From positions 4,640,001 through 4,704,000 of the forward strand of contig OZ241986.1 in NCBI GenBank assembly GCA_965204375.1: 64,000 nt of DNA, given 5' to 3'. Within the stretch, counting starts at the first letter, position 1. Each line of letters begins with the position of its first letter. Origin of the DNA: Candidatus Latescibacterota bacterium. GTDB lineage: Bacteria; Latescibacterota; UBA2968. The translations under genes and the position numbers were made by a program. Below, piece after piece: positions 9,668 to 19,283 of this stretch. The notes under the pieces were generated by a model. That model had not been told where the DNA came from, ran no database searches, and saw only the letters and a program-made list of their open reading frames with translations.

Positions 9668-10900
9668 ATGGAGCGCGTAATCAGCCTGCTGGGTCTGGTC
9701 GTCATGATGGGCCTGGCCTGGGCTATGAGTGAACACAAAAAGCAGGTGAGCCTTCGCGTGGTATGGGGCGGGCTATTATTGCAACTTGTCCTTGCGTTGT
9801 TCATTTTGAAAACGTCAATAGGTGCTGCCATATTTCAAAGCATCGGAGATTTTTTCACCGCCACATTGGGCTTTGTCGATGCGGGCACAAGTCTGGTATT
9901 TGGAGAAGAATACGTCCACCACTTCTTTGCCTTCAAAGTATTGCCCACCATCATCTTCTTTTCCTCCTTGATGTCCATCCTCTATTATCTCGGCATCATT
10001 CAAAAAGTCGTTGAAGCATTTGCCTATGTCATGCAACGCACACTGGGAACATCCGGATCGGAAACACTCTCTGCAGCAGCCAATATTTTTGTGGGGCAAA
10101 CCGAAGCTCCGCTGATGGTACGTCCATACATAAGCAGCATGACAAAATCGGAACTCATGGCATTGATGGTCGGGGGCTTTGCCACCATTGCCGGGGGCGT
10201 CCTGGTCGCCTATGTCGGCATGGGCATTGACGCGGGACATCTCGTAGCCGCATCGGTCATCTCCGCACCTGCAGCATTGCTAATTTCCAAACTGATGATT
10301 CCCGAAACCGAGCAATCCGTGACCCTGGGGCACGTTGAATTAGCTGTGGAAGAAAAACACGCCAATGTTGTGGATGCAGCAACCAAAGGAGCATTAGACG
10401 GCATGAAACTAACCCTCAATGTCGTCGCAATGCTCATCGCTTTCCTTGCCCTTGTCGCACTGGTCGATGCAGCTCTGGGTCTGGTTGGTGAGTGGACTGG
10501 CGCGCTCCTTGGATATAACTGGCACTGGTCCCTTGCCGCACTTTTCGGTTATGTCTTTGCACCATTCGCCTATCTGCTGGGCATCCCCTGGGCCGATTGC
10601 TTTTATGCCGGTGAATTACTGGGTAAGAAGATGGTGCTCAACGAATTTATCGCCTATGCACAAATGATGGAATGGTCCCAGCCCGATTCCGGCGTGGTCT
10701 TGAGCGAACGGAGTACCTTGATCCTGACGTATGCATTGTGCGGCTTTGCCAACTTTGGCAGCGTGGGCATTCAAATCGGCGGTATCGGTGGCATTGCCCC
10801 AGAACGCCGCACAGAATTAGCCATCCTCGGCATACGCGCCATGATCGGCGGCACACTTGCAATGATGATGACCGCCTGTGTTGCTGGCATTTTGATCTAA
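9668..10900 (+). CDS. nupC: NupC/CNT family nucleoside transporter
   Basis: ANIFVGQTEAPL, GGFATIAGG, LNEFIAY, YALCGFANF; RBS GGAGG. Confidence 0.9.
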   Translation: MERVISLLGLVVMMGLAWAMSEHKKQVSLRVVWGGLLLQLVLALFILKTSIGAAIFQSIGDFFTATLGFVDAGTSLVFGEEYVHHFFAFKVLPTIIFFSSLMSILYYLGIIQKVVEAFAYVMQRTLGTSGSETLSAAANIFVGQTEAPLMVRPYISSMTKSELMALMVGGFATIAGGVLVAYVGMGIDAGHLVAASVISAPAALLISKLMIPETEQSVTLGHVELAVEEKHANVVDAATKGALDGMKLTLNVVAMLIAFLALVALVDAALGLVGEWTGALLGYNWHWSLAALFGYVFAPFAYLLGIPWADCFYAGELLGKKMVLNEFIAYAQMMEWSQPDSGVVLSERSTLILTYALCGFANFGSVGIQIGGIGGIAPERRTELAILGIRAMIGGTLAMMMTACVAGILI

Positions 10901-11031
10901 AAAAACGCTGTTGGTTGACTTTTATGGTTGGGTATAGTAACTTCGAACATAACCGGCAGTTCCGACGAAGCGACGACTTAGAAACTGATGGTCGTCCAAG
11001 GGGCGATCATAGAGAGGGTAATAGGTAAAAA

Positions 11032-12480
11032 ATGAAAAATATTGTTTTACTTATCACCGATACCTTTCGGTATGACAATCTCGGCGAGCGGGCGAGACGT
11101 CCGATTCGCACGCCAATGCTCGATAAATTTGAGACAGAACGAGCGACTGCTGTTGACAAATTCTATATGAGTAGTTTCCCGACGGTACCGCACCGCACAG
11201 ATATTATGACGGGAACAGTCGGGTGGCCCCACTACCCGTGGCAGCCAATTGATCTGAGCGGACGGAACATCACCGCGCAACTTCTGAGTGAGCAGGGATA
11301 CGCAACGCAGCTCATCTGTGACACCCCGCACCTGTTTAACACACGGTTCCAGCACTGTTTCGATGCCGCTTTCCAGCATCGTGGACAGGAAGGAGACAAA
11401 CCGCTTCTCCACCTCAACGATGAAATAAAAATCGTTATGCCGAATGAAAAGACGCGACCGCATCCATCATACCGCGGACACACCCTACCGAACACGCACC
11501 GCTGGACGAACCGCTACTACCAGTACGAGGCGGAAACGTTCTCCAGTAGGACTTCCGAGACTACAATTCGATGGTTGGAGGAAAACCACAGCTCGGGTCC
11601 CTTTTTCCTCTGGGTTGACTTCTTCGATCCACACGAACCGTGGGATCCACCTGAATACCTCGTCAAACGATACGATCCAGATTATACCGGTCCACCGATG
11701 ATACATCCGAACTACGGTCTGTCGTCCCTCTTTACAGATGCGGAATTGCACAACCTCTGGGCACACTACGCAGGAGAGGCAGAACTCATTGACCGACACA
11801 TCGGACGGATTCTGCAGAAAGTGGAAGATCTGGAGTTATGGGATGATACCCTCGTCGTTGTGCTTTCAGACCACGGCATGTCCATCGGTGAACACAGTAG
11901 AACGGGTAAATCCAACATCGATCCAAACGATTCACGCTACTGGCCCACGTATCCAGAGATTAACCATGAGATGTTCCTGATTGCTGGTGGAGATGTTCCG
12001 TGCGGGCAACGCCTCGATCTTATCGCGCAACCGATGGATATTATGCCGACACTCTGTGAATTGGCTGGTGTTACCTTGGATCCACCCAAACCATTTGAGG
12101 GACATTCCTTCACACAGGCTCTCCTTAACGGTGATACACAACACAGGGAATACGCCGTAACAGGTTGCCATATCGGCGCACCGGACGGGAGTGTACCACG
12201 TCGAGCAACAACGCCGTTCCTCGTCACCGAACGCTGGGGATACGCACCTGTCGGTGAATACGGTAGACCGGAACTGTTCGACCTACCCGCAGACCCCATA
12301 GCGGAGAACAACATCGCTGCGGATAACATGGAACTCGTCAAGGAATTGCATGAACTCTTTATGGCGCATCTCACGGAGCATAATGCGCCTGAGAAGTTCC
12401 TTGATCTCTGGAAGGAAGAACCCTCCGGCGACGGACGCGGCAAATGGTCGATCGACTATCCTGACGAGTCAGATGAATAG
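11032..12480 (+). CDS. Sulfatase-like hydrolase, Thr at nucleophile position
   Basis: MKNIVLLITDTFRYD; TVPHRTDIMTG; DFFDPHEPWDPP; SDHG. Confidence 0.8.
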   Translation: MKNIVLLITDTFRYDNLGERARRPIRTPMLDKFETERATAVDKFYMSSFPTVPHRTDIMTGTVGWPHYPWQPIDLSGRNITAQLLSEQGYATQLICDTPHLFNTRFQHCFDAAFQHRGQEGDKPLLHLNDEIKIVMPNEKTRPHPSYRGHTLPNTHRWTNRYYQYEAETFSSRTSETTIRWLEENHSSGPFFLWVDFFDPHEPWDPPEYLVKRYDPDYTGPPMIHPNYGLSSLFTDAELHNLWAHYAGEAELIDRHIGRILQKVEDLELWDDTLVVVLSDHGMSIGEHSRTGKSNIDPNDSRYWPTYPEINHEMFLIAGGDVPCGQRLDLIAQPMDIMPTLCELAGVTLDPPKPFEGHSFTQALLNGDTQHREYAVTGCHIGAPDGSVPRRATTPFLVTERWGYAPVGEYGRPELFDLPADPIAENNIAADNMELVKELHELFMAHLTEHNAPEKFLDLWKEEPSGDGRGKWSIDYPDESDE

Positions 12481-12488
12481 AAATTGGT

Positions 12489-12522
12489 AAAAGGCGGGAC
12501 ACCGAAGTGTTCCGCCCTTTTT
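12489..12522 (+). terminator. Intrinsic terminator, probably bidirectional
   Basis: AAAAGGCGGGACAC-cgaa-GTGTTCCGCCCTTTTT between convergent genes. Confidence 0.75.
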
Positions 12523-12651
12523 GTATTCATTCTTTATCCATGCACCAACGCTCAAATCTCAAAAAGCTTCGGATGCTCCCCACCTCAGAAAGGGATGATC
12601 TGGTTTCCAAATTTCCTTTTGCTTTTCATTCCTAAATGAAGTACTGAAAAC

Positions 12652-13941
12652 CTAAATATTATCAGGTACATCAAGCACGGCATCAAGCTGATCCATCACT
12701 TTGTGAAACGCTTCGACGTAACAGGACATCAACTCGAAATCGTTGGGTGGGTTGACATCGAAGATATAACAGTGAGAATCAATGAATTCAACAGTTCGAG
12801 GATAATCCTTTGTCTTATATTCAACCGTCGACTGATTACATCGCCACGGACAGCCTATCCCGTAACCGATCCGATTCTGGAAAATCTTTTGAGACGGCAC
12901 GGGGAGCCGTTGCCACTGTCCGGTCGGCACCCCCTCAGCGCGTAGTGCCGCTTGCACCTTCTCACGCAAGGTTCGTGCGGGAATATCCAACCCCAATGCC
13001 TCTGGATCGAAACCGATAACATAGTTGTAATACACCGGTTCACACGCTTCTGGCGTAACAGGCGTTTCAATGCCGTCAATTTCATCCAGATGTTCGGTAA
13101 GATAGTGGCAATTCCTGATCCGCAGCGCGTTGTTCACATCAAGCCGTTTGAGCTGGCTACGGATGAACGCTTGACTGAACATATCCCCACGATACATCCA
13201 CCCAAGCCCGTAAGCATTGTACTCCTGTTCCTCGCGTTCCCTACCCGGCACGACGATTTCCCCGAAATACTGCAATAACGCTGCGCGTTTGTAGATTTGC
13301 TCATCATCCGTTGTGAACAAACCGCCTTGACACCCACTACTCAGCGTCTTTGAGGCTTGCGTGCTGTAACCCGCCGCATCGCCAAATGACCCACAAAGCT
13401 TGCCGTTATAATATGCCCCGTGTGCCTGAGCGACATCCTCAATAACTTTCAGGTCATGCTTCTTCGCAATCGCTAAAATCGGATCCATATCGGCGGGCAT
13501 ACCGTGGATATGAACCGGCATAATCGCACGTGTTCGCTCCGTGATTTTCGCTTCGATGTCGTTTGGGTCAATACAGTAGGTTATTGGGTCAATGTCAACA
13601 AAGACGGGAATAGCGTTGTGATGGAGAACAGCCGCTGCCGTTGCCCAGAAAGTGAAGGCAGGGATAATGACCTCGTCACCCGGCTCAATGCCAACACCTG
13701 CGACACACAGATGCAACGCAGCGGTTCCGCTGTTGACTGGGATGCAATACTGGACACCCATATATTCCGCCCATTCCTTCGCGAGACCTTCGGATTGGAT
13801 CCGTTGCTGTTCCGTAATTTTTTCGGAGGCCATAACCTCGGCAATCGCGTCTTTGTCGGATGGGGTAACCTGTGGCCACGGCTGAATTAATCCATCAGGG
13901 ACAGTCCCTTTACCACCATATATAGCGAGTTTTGCTGCCAT
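12652..13941 (-). CDS. DegT/DnrJ/EryC1/StrS family PLP aminotransferase
   Basis: NSGTAALH, PGDEVIIPAFTF, IEDVAQAHGA, STQASKTL (catalytic Lys). Confidence 0.9.
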   Translation of the reverse strand: MAAKLAIYGGKGTVPDGLIQPWPQVTPSDKDAIAEVMASEKITEQQRIQSEGLAKEWAEYMGVQYCIPVNSGTAALHLCVAGVGIEPGDEVIIPAFTFWATAAAVLHHNAIPVFVDIDPITYCIDPNDIEAKITERTRAIMPVHIHGMPADMDPILAIAKKHDLKVIEDVAQAHGAYYNGKLCGSFGDAAGYSTQASKTLSSGCQGGLFTTDDEQIYKRAALLQYFGEIVVPGREREEQEYNAYGLGWMYRGDMFSQAFIRSQLKRLDVNNALRIRNCHYLTEHLDEIDGIETPVTPEACEPVYYNYVIGFDPEALGLDIPARTLREKVQAALRAEGVPTGQWQRLPVPSQKIFQNRIGYGIGCPWRCNQSTVEYKTKDYPRTVEFIDSHCYIFDVNPPNDFELMSCYVEAFHKVMDQLDAVLDVPDNI

Positions 13942-14015
13942 GAGCGACCTCCTTATGCTCCTTTAGACCGCATAGAAATGGGGACGAGAACAAAAGATAC
14001 CGAATTAATTTACGG

Positions 14016-14190
14016 GCATTTACAGACATCAACAACCGTTAAAGAAGGGTCTATGGAGCGCGTAATCAGCCTGCTGGGTCTGGTGGTCATGATGGGTTTG
14101 GCCTAGGCTATGAGTGAGCATAAAAAGCAGGTGAGCCTTCGCGTGGTATGGAGCGGGCTGTTGTTGCAGTTTGTCCTTGCGGTATTCATT
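14016..14190 (+). pseudogene. Degenerate duplicate of the nupC 5' region
   Basis: Near-copy of 9631-9805; ATG at 14053; in-frame TAG at 14104-14106 replacing Trp; similarity ends after 46 codons. Confidence 0.85.
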
Positions 14191-14192
14191 CC

Positions 14193-14385
14193 CGCAGACA
14201 ATATGCACCCCCCTCAATACACAGAAAGGCGTGCAAAGACAAAGAAATCGTGTTTGCGACGCATAAGTCCCACCTGATTGGCGGATATGATCGAGCAGCG
14301 GCTTATGAACCATAACCCCGAGGATATGGCGTTATTGGATACCAATATCCTGATTTATGGAGAATTTTGCAATGAACTGTTTTGA
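14193..14385 (+). pseudogene. Toxin-antitoxin remnant: probable antitoxin C-terminus plus truncated PIN toxin N-terminus
   Basis: ...IVFATHKSHLIGGYDRAAAYEP* (stop 14313-14315) overlaps MNHNPEDMALLDTNILIYG (14305-14385). LLDTNILIY is a PIN N-terminal motif. Confidence 0.55.
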
Positions 14386-14620
14386 GTTGGATCAAGCACA
14401 GCAACGGTTCCCTGAACTCGTGGAGCGAGCCAGACGCGGCGAGGATGTCATTATTACGGAACGCAATCAACCTGTGGTCAAATTTGTGGCTGTTGAGCAG
14501 GATGCAACTGCACCCGCAGTTCCAACGAAGCGACGGCGGCGGCCTGGAACTGCCAAAGGGCTTGTTCATATAAGCGATGATTTCGACGAACCGCTCGAAG
14601 ATTTTCGGGAATATATGTAA
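14372..14620 (+). CDS. Phd/YefM family antitoxin with DUF2281-like tail
   Basis: AQQRFPELVERARRGEDVIIT..PVVK; RRPGTAKG..ISDDFDEPLEDFREYM; RBS GGAG. Confidence 0.85.
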   Translation: MNCFELDQAQQRFPELVERARRGEDVIITERNQPVVKFVAVEQDATAPAVPTKRRRRPGTAKGLVHISDDFDEPLEDFREYM

Positions 14621-14727
14621 TGCGCCTTTTACTCGATACGCACAGTTTTTTATGGTATATAGAAGACGATGAATTCAACAACTTTTTTACTCCAGTAATA
14701 TGCCTGTCTTGCGTATTATCTGCGTGA
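14620..14727 (+). pseudogene. Truncated VapC/PIN toxin
   Basis: TAATG overlap with antitoxin; MRLLLDTHSFLWYIEDD then unrelated sequence and stop after 35 aa. Confidence 0.8.
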
Positions 14728-14833
14728 TTTCTAAATAAAAAACGCTTGATTTTCGGGCGGGTTTTGGATAATCTTTGACTATATCATACAGCGATATTCA
14801 GGCATTCAAAAACGTACCAAAAAAGGGATTGGC

Positions 14834-15106
14834 ATGGCAACGCTGGAAGAAATCAAAGACGAAATCGGAAAATTACAGGATGAACAAGTCAAACATGGCA
14901 ATAGGCTGACAGAAGTAGAAACGCTGATAAGACCGATTTCTGGACAGTTAAACAGGATAGATGAGCGTCTGGCGTCAATCGAAAAAAGCCATTCTGAATA
15001 TAAAGGAATGGTCTTAGGCGTGAGATGGATTGTTGGTCTCTGTTTTATTGTTCTGACAGCATGTGGCGGTATTGCAGGTGCAGTAGTTAGTCACTTATTA
15101 CAATAA
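14834..15106 (+). CDS. Small coiled-coil protein with C-terminal TM helix (XhlA-like architecture)
   Basis: Heptad-rich N-terminus, hydrophobic C-terminus, followed by a strong terminator. Confidence 0.6.
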   Translation: MATLEEIKDEIGKLQDEQVKHGNRLTEVETLIRPISGQLNRIDERLASIEKSHSEYKGMVLGVRWIVGLCFIVLTACGGIAGAVVSHLLQ

Positions 15107-15162
15107 TTTATAGAACTGCTACAATCACTTCTTTAAAAGTGTCTATATCATATTGCAAACTG

Positions 15163-15199
15163 ATAAGAGCCGTGCTTACGCAAGCACGGCTCTTATTTT
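15163..15199 (+). terminator. Intrinsic terminator
   Basis: Perfect 15-bp inverted repeat ATAAGAGCCGTGCTT/AAGCACGGCTCTTAT followed by T's. Confidence 0.8.
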
Positions 15200-15279
15200 A
15201 TTAGTGACCACAGACCTTCCTTCGATGTTCTTTTAAGGTCAGAAAAAGTAATGTCCGCCAGAAGGTTGGGATATATAAA

Positions 15280-16575
15280 TCACCCATGCGCCCCCTTCAC
15301 GCCAATCGGCCAATTAGGGGAGTCTATGCGCGCATCTTTCATATAGTTCTCAATTTCGGCGATCACATCCGGATGATCTGCTGCGACATCGTTTTCCTCG
15401 CCAATATCCCTGTCCAAATCGTATAACTCAAGCGGTTCGTCGAGCAACCGGGGCGACGGATTGCGCACGGCCTTCCAATTTTTCCAGCGCACAGCCTGTT
15501 TGAAACCCCCGCCAAAGCGCTCCCAGTACAAAAAGCGTTCTCCAATATCCTGTGATTCACCCAAAAGCGTCGGCAATATGCTCACGCCATCCATATTATC
15601 TGGCGCGTCTGTGCCGATCACGTCTGCAACCGTAGGCATAAAATCGGTATAATACCACACCTGATCGCTCACAACACCTGCCGGAATACGAGCCGGCCAA
15701 TGCACAATCATCGGCGTGCGCAAACCGCCTTCATACATCGTCCCTTTTTGCCCGCGCAAAGCACCACAACTGCCAAACGGTTCCCACCGGCGTGCGGCTC
15801 CATGGTCAGAACCAAAAAACAAAAGCGTATTATCCTTTATCCCCAGTTCGCGCAACAAATCCGCAATCTGTCCAACCTGTGTATCAATTTTTGTAATCAT
15901 CGCCGCATAAACTTTCTCATCATCCGTCCAGGGCTTATCATCCCAGGCACTCGCATCGGGGATTTCATATCTCCCGTGCGGCAATGTCCACGGCAAGTAC
16001 AAAAAAAACGGACCATCGCTATTGTTGCGAATAAAGTCACAGGCAAAGTCAAAAATCATATCGTGAGAATAGTCGTTCTCCTGGCCATCCAGATTGCCTT
16101 TGAGAACAACCTTCTCTTCATTGTGCCACAAAAAAGGCGGATAATACGAATGCGCATTGCGCTGGTTGAGATAGCCAAACCATTCATCAAATCCCTTACG
16201 GGTGGGAATACCCGTCGTATCGGGTTCACCCAATCCCCATTTGCCGGTTATCCCAGTGGTATATCCCGCCTCCTTGAGCATCTCGGCAACCGTAAAATCC
16301 TCCGGCTCAAGCGGCACCCGTTTCTGATCTCCCACACCACCCACAATGCCCATATTGTCGCGCACCCTCGTGTGCCCACTGTGCAAACCCGTCATCAAAA
16401 CCGAGCGAGATGGCGCACAGATAGAAGACCCGGTATAACACTGCGTGAACCGCATAGATTCCGACGCAAGCTGATCCAAGCGAGGGGTGGGAATAACCTT
16501 TTGCCCATAACAACCCAGATCGCCATAGCCAATATCATCGCAGAGGATGAAGATAATGTTGGGCAATGACATCAT
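15280..16575 (-). CDS. Arylsulfatase (Cys-type)
   Basis: PNIIFILCDDIGYGD, CAPSRSVLMTG, GKWGLG, GQKGTMYEGGLR. Confidence 0.9.
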   Translation of the reverse strand: MMSLPNIIFILCDDIGYGDLGCYGQKVIPTPRLDQLASESMRFTQCYTGSSICAPSRSVLMTGLHSGHTRVRDNMGIVGGVGDQKRVPLEPEDFTVAEMLKEAGYTTGITGKWGLGEPDTTGIPTRKGFDEWFGYLNQRNAHSYYPPFLWHNEEKVVLKGNLDGQENDYSHDMIFDFACDFIRNNSDGPFFLYLPWTLPHGRYEIPDASAWDDKPWTDDEKVYAAMITKIDTQVGQIADLLRELGIKDNTLLFFGSDHGAARRWEPFGSCGALRGQKGTMYEGGLRTPMIVHWPARIPAGVVSDQVWYYTDFMPTVADVIGTDAPDNMDGVSILPTLLGESQDIGERFLYWERFGGGFKQAVRWKNWKAVRNPSPRLLDEPLELYDLDRDIGEENDVAADHPDVIAEIENYMKDARIDSPNWPIGVKGAHG

Positions 16576-16590
16576 ATATTTTCCGATATC

Positions 16591-18501
16591 TTACTCTTTT
16601 ACCAACGCCAATTTTTGAGCATAAACAGCCCGATCCTTTAACAGACGAACCGCCTCCTGAAACTGCTTGTCACCCTTTAGAGCCGCTAAAATTTTGCCAT
16701 TAGTGCCCCACACGCGACTGGCCAATGCCCGTTCAATCTCCAGCCGGATATACGGCTCGGCTTTGTCATAATCGACTTCGCGCTCGCGCTCTGCAACCTG
16801 TGACAATTGAGTGAGTGAGGTCGTAGCACTGTCTGTCAATACATCGTTCTCTTTAAGTGTTTCTTTGATCTCCTGCACCTTAATCTCTGTATCCGTTTGA
16901 TATGAAAAACCACCGGAATTAGTTGAATCTGCCATGAAAGTCCAAAATTGATCGACAATATCTTCAGGCAATGTGTAGTCTTCAAATCGACTGGGGAACG
17001 ATTGCGTCGTTGCAAAATCAACCGCAAAATCAAAAATCAGGCCTGCGCGCAATAACGCCAGCACCAGCCGCGGCCTGCGCTCTTGTTGCACCACCACATC
17101 GGGTTTAATCCCACCGCCACCATAAACTTTGCGCTTATTCACGCGCGTTGTAAATACCTTTTCAGGATCGATATCTTCGGGTCCGTTATGCTCGCTGGAA
17201 GCCAAACCCAACAACCCTTCCAACCGCATTCCAAGAACCTCTTCTGCCAGGTAATTTTCCAGACCAAATCTTTCCTCCAGTTCTATAATAACATCTTCTC
17301 GCCGTTCAGCCTGACCAATAATGCCAAAGAGTTCATAGGCCGAGACCTTGATAGAATTTCCCACTGTAATCTCAATGGGACCGCCGCGATATCGACGCTT
17401 TTCAGCATTGTGAATGCTGCGCCCGCTCGGCGTATAATAGGCTGCTGTCGTCAACTTCAAAGCTTTATCGCCCTGACGACCCAATTGGCGCACGGTTTGT
17501 ACAGAGCCTTTCCCAAATGTTTGCGTGCCCACAATCAAACCCCGATCCCAATCCTGAACTGCCCCTGCGACAATTTCTGATGCACTGGCACTGCGCTCGT
17601 CAACCAGGATCACAAGTGGAATATCGGCGGGTAATATGGGGTCGTACCGCGTTTTGTGACTGCGACTCTGTTCTGCAAGGCGACCTCTGGTTGACACCAC
17701 CAGATGATTGGATGGCAAAAACTTATCGACCACATCAACCGCTGCGTTGAGCAAACCGCCCGGATTGCCGCGCAGGTCCAGGATAATCCCCGTAGCACCA
17801 TTGTTGAGCGATTGGATCAATGCCCGTTGCAACTCCCTACCCGTGCGTTCAGTAAATCGAGAAGAACTGAGCCAGGACATGGAAATATACCCGATATCGG
17901 GATCGACTTCGCCCGGAATTTGGACACTTGAAATGTCAATGCGCGCCCGAATAATTGGCTGATCAAATGGTTTCTCAAGGCCTGGTCGTTCAATCTTAAT
18001 AGTCACGCCAGCACCTGGATCACCCCGCAAGGTACCGACAATTTCGCGCAGATCCTTGTCAAAAGTCGGATCTCCGTCAATGGCGATGATGCGATCTCCT
18101 ACAACAAGCTTCGAGGTGTCCGCAGGCGTGCCTTCAATAACATTCATCACAACTGGAGGGCCTTCTTCCTTCCCCCGCTTGCTGATCATAATGCCCAGCC
18201 CACCAAATTTGCCCTGCGTTTCAATCTGGAGTTGTTTGAGGTCTCTGCTATCAAAAAAGGTGGTATAGGGATCCAGATCCCACAACATGCCGGAAATGGC
18301 AGCCTTGCTTAAATCCTCTGCCTTTAGCTCATCGACATACTCGTTGAAGAGTAGCTGGTAGGCTTCGTTAATCGCCTCAAAGCCGCGCCCCAACTGTTTA
18401 TAAGTGTCTTCGCCGGTCACCAACCGGGAATCAAGCACGAGATAAACACACAAAACACCAATTAAAGTTGTAAAAATGGCGAATCTTCTTCGGACAAACA
18501 T
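16591..18501 (-). CDS. S41 family carboxyl-terminal protease (CtpA/Prc-like) with PDZ domain
   Basis: LDPYT, GKFGGLG, DLRGNPGGLL, SASASEIVAGAVQD, TFGKGSVQ, YYTPSGRSI. Start placed at MFVRRR before the TM anchor. Confidence 0.9.
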   Translation of the reverse strand: MFVRRRFAIFTTLIGVLCVYLVLDSRLVTGEDTYKQLGRGFEAINEAYQLLFNEYVDELKAEDLSKAAISGMLWDLDPYTTFFDSRDLKQLQIETQGKFGGLGIMISKRGKEEGPPVVMNVIEGTPADTSKLVVGDRIIAIDGDPTFDKDLREIVGTLRGDPGAGVTIKIERPGLEKPFDQPIIRARIDISSVQIPGEVDPDIGYISMSWLSSSRFTERTGRELQRALIQSLNNGATGIILDLRGNPGGLLNAAVDVVDKFLPSNHLVVSTRGRLAEQSRSHKTRYDPILPADIPLVILVDERSASASEIVAGAVQDWDRGLIVGTQTFGKGSVQTVRQLGRQGDKALKLTTAAYYTPSGRSIHNAEKRRYRGGPIEITVGNSIKVSAYELFGIIGQAERREDVIIELEERFGLENYLAEEVLGMRLEGLLGLASSEHNGPEDIDPEKVFTTRVNKRKVYGGGGIKPDVVVQQERRPRLVLALLRAGLIFDFAVDFATTQSFPSRFEDYTLPEDIVDQFWTFMADSTNSGGFSYQTDTEIKVQEIKETLKENDVLTDSATTSLTQLSQVAEREREVDYDKAEPYIRLEIERALASRVWGTNGKILAALKGDKQFQEAVRLLKDRAVYAQKLALVKE

Positions 18502-18570
18502 GGGGCGCCTCCATGCGGTGTACAACTGCATCAGCAGTTCATTTTTGATAAACGGCAAGTTCAATCGCGA

Positions 18571-19200
18571 TTATTTCGTCCCCGACATTCGATCGATAAT
18601 CACCTTTTTAACATCTTCAAACACATCGCTTATGGGCTGAAAGCCATCAACCCTGAAAATGCGATCGGGTTCCAATTTGCATTCCGCGGCAAAACCCTGT
18701 CGAACCCTTTTGAAAAATGCTTCATCTTCCTTCTCAATGCGATCTGCCCCGGTTCCCCAACCGCGTTTTCGCGCAGTTTGTAAATCGACATCTAACCAGA
18801 TCGTGACAGCTGGCATCAAACCACCCGTAGCCACATTTTGAATCATTCTCAGATCATTGAGATTCAAACCACGACCATAGCCCTGATAAGCCAGTGTGGA
18901 ATCGACATACCGATCCGAAATCACCACTTTGCCTGCATCCAGCGATGGCCGAATCAATTCGTTGACATGCTGTGCGCGATCTGCTGCAAATAAAAACATC
19001 TCGGCAGTTGCATCAATCTCGCCCTGTGGTTTCCAGTCGAGTACCAGGTGGCGAATCTCTCCTCCAAGTTCTGTGCTGCCCGGCTCATAAGTAAACACAA
19101 CTTCGTGATCGCTACTCCGCAGATGATCAACCAACAATCTGGCCAGGGTACTCGTCCCACTTTTATCAATGCCTTCAAATGAAATAAAAAAACCCGACAT
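18571..19200 (-). CDS. tmk: Thymidylate kinase
   Basis: FISFEGID, EPG, LFAADRAQH, SDRYVDSTLAYQGYGRG, DRIE. Confidence 0.9.
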   Translation of the reverse strand: MSGFFISFEGIDKSGTSTLARLLVDHLRSSDHEVVFTYEPGSTELGGEIRHLVLDWKPQGEIDATAEMFLFAADRAQHVNELIRPSLDAGKVVISDRYVDSTLAYQGYGRGLNLNDLRMIQNVATGGLMPAVTIWLDVDLQTARKRGWGTGADRIEKEDEAFFKRVRQGFAAECKLEPDRIFRVDGFQPISDVFEDVKKVIIDRMSGTK

Positions 19201-19223
19201 TTGTTCCCAGTTTTTCTACAAAG

Positions 19224-19257
19224 AAAAAAAGAACCCGGCGATATGCCCCCGGGTTTT
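19224..19257 (-). terminator. Intrinsic terminator after the CDP-alcohol phosphatidyltransferase gene
   Basis: AACCCGG...CCGGGTT stem with U-run on the minus strand. Confidence 0.6.
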
Positions 19258-19283
19258 ATCATCCAGTATTGGACAATCGGGCT

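Noticed and set aside
12525-12650. Possible gene remnant between the sulfatase-like and DegT genes
   Set aside because: Short open stretches with no identifiable motif.
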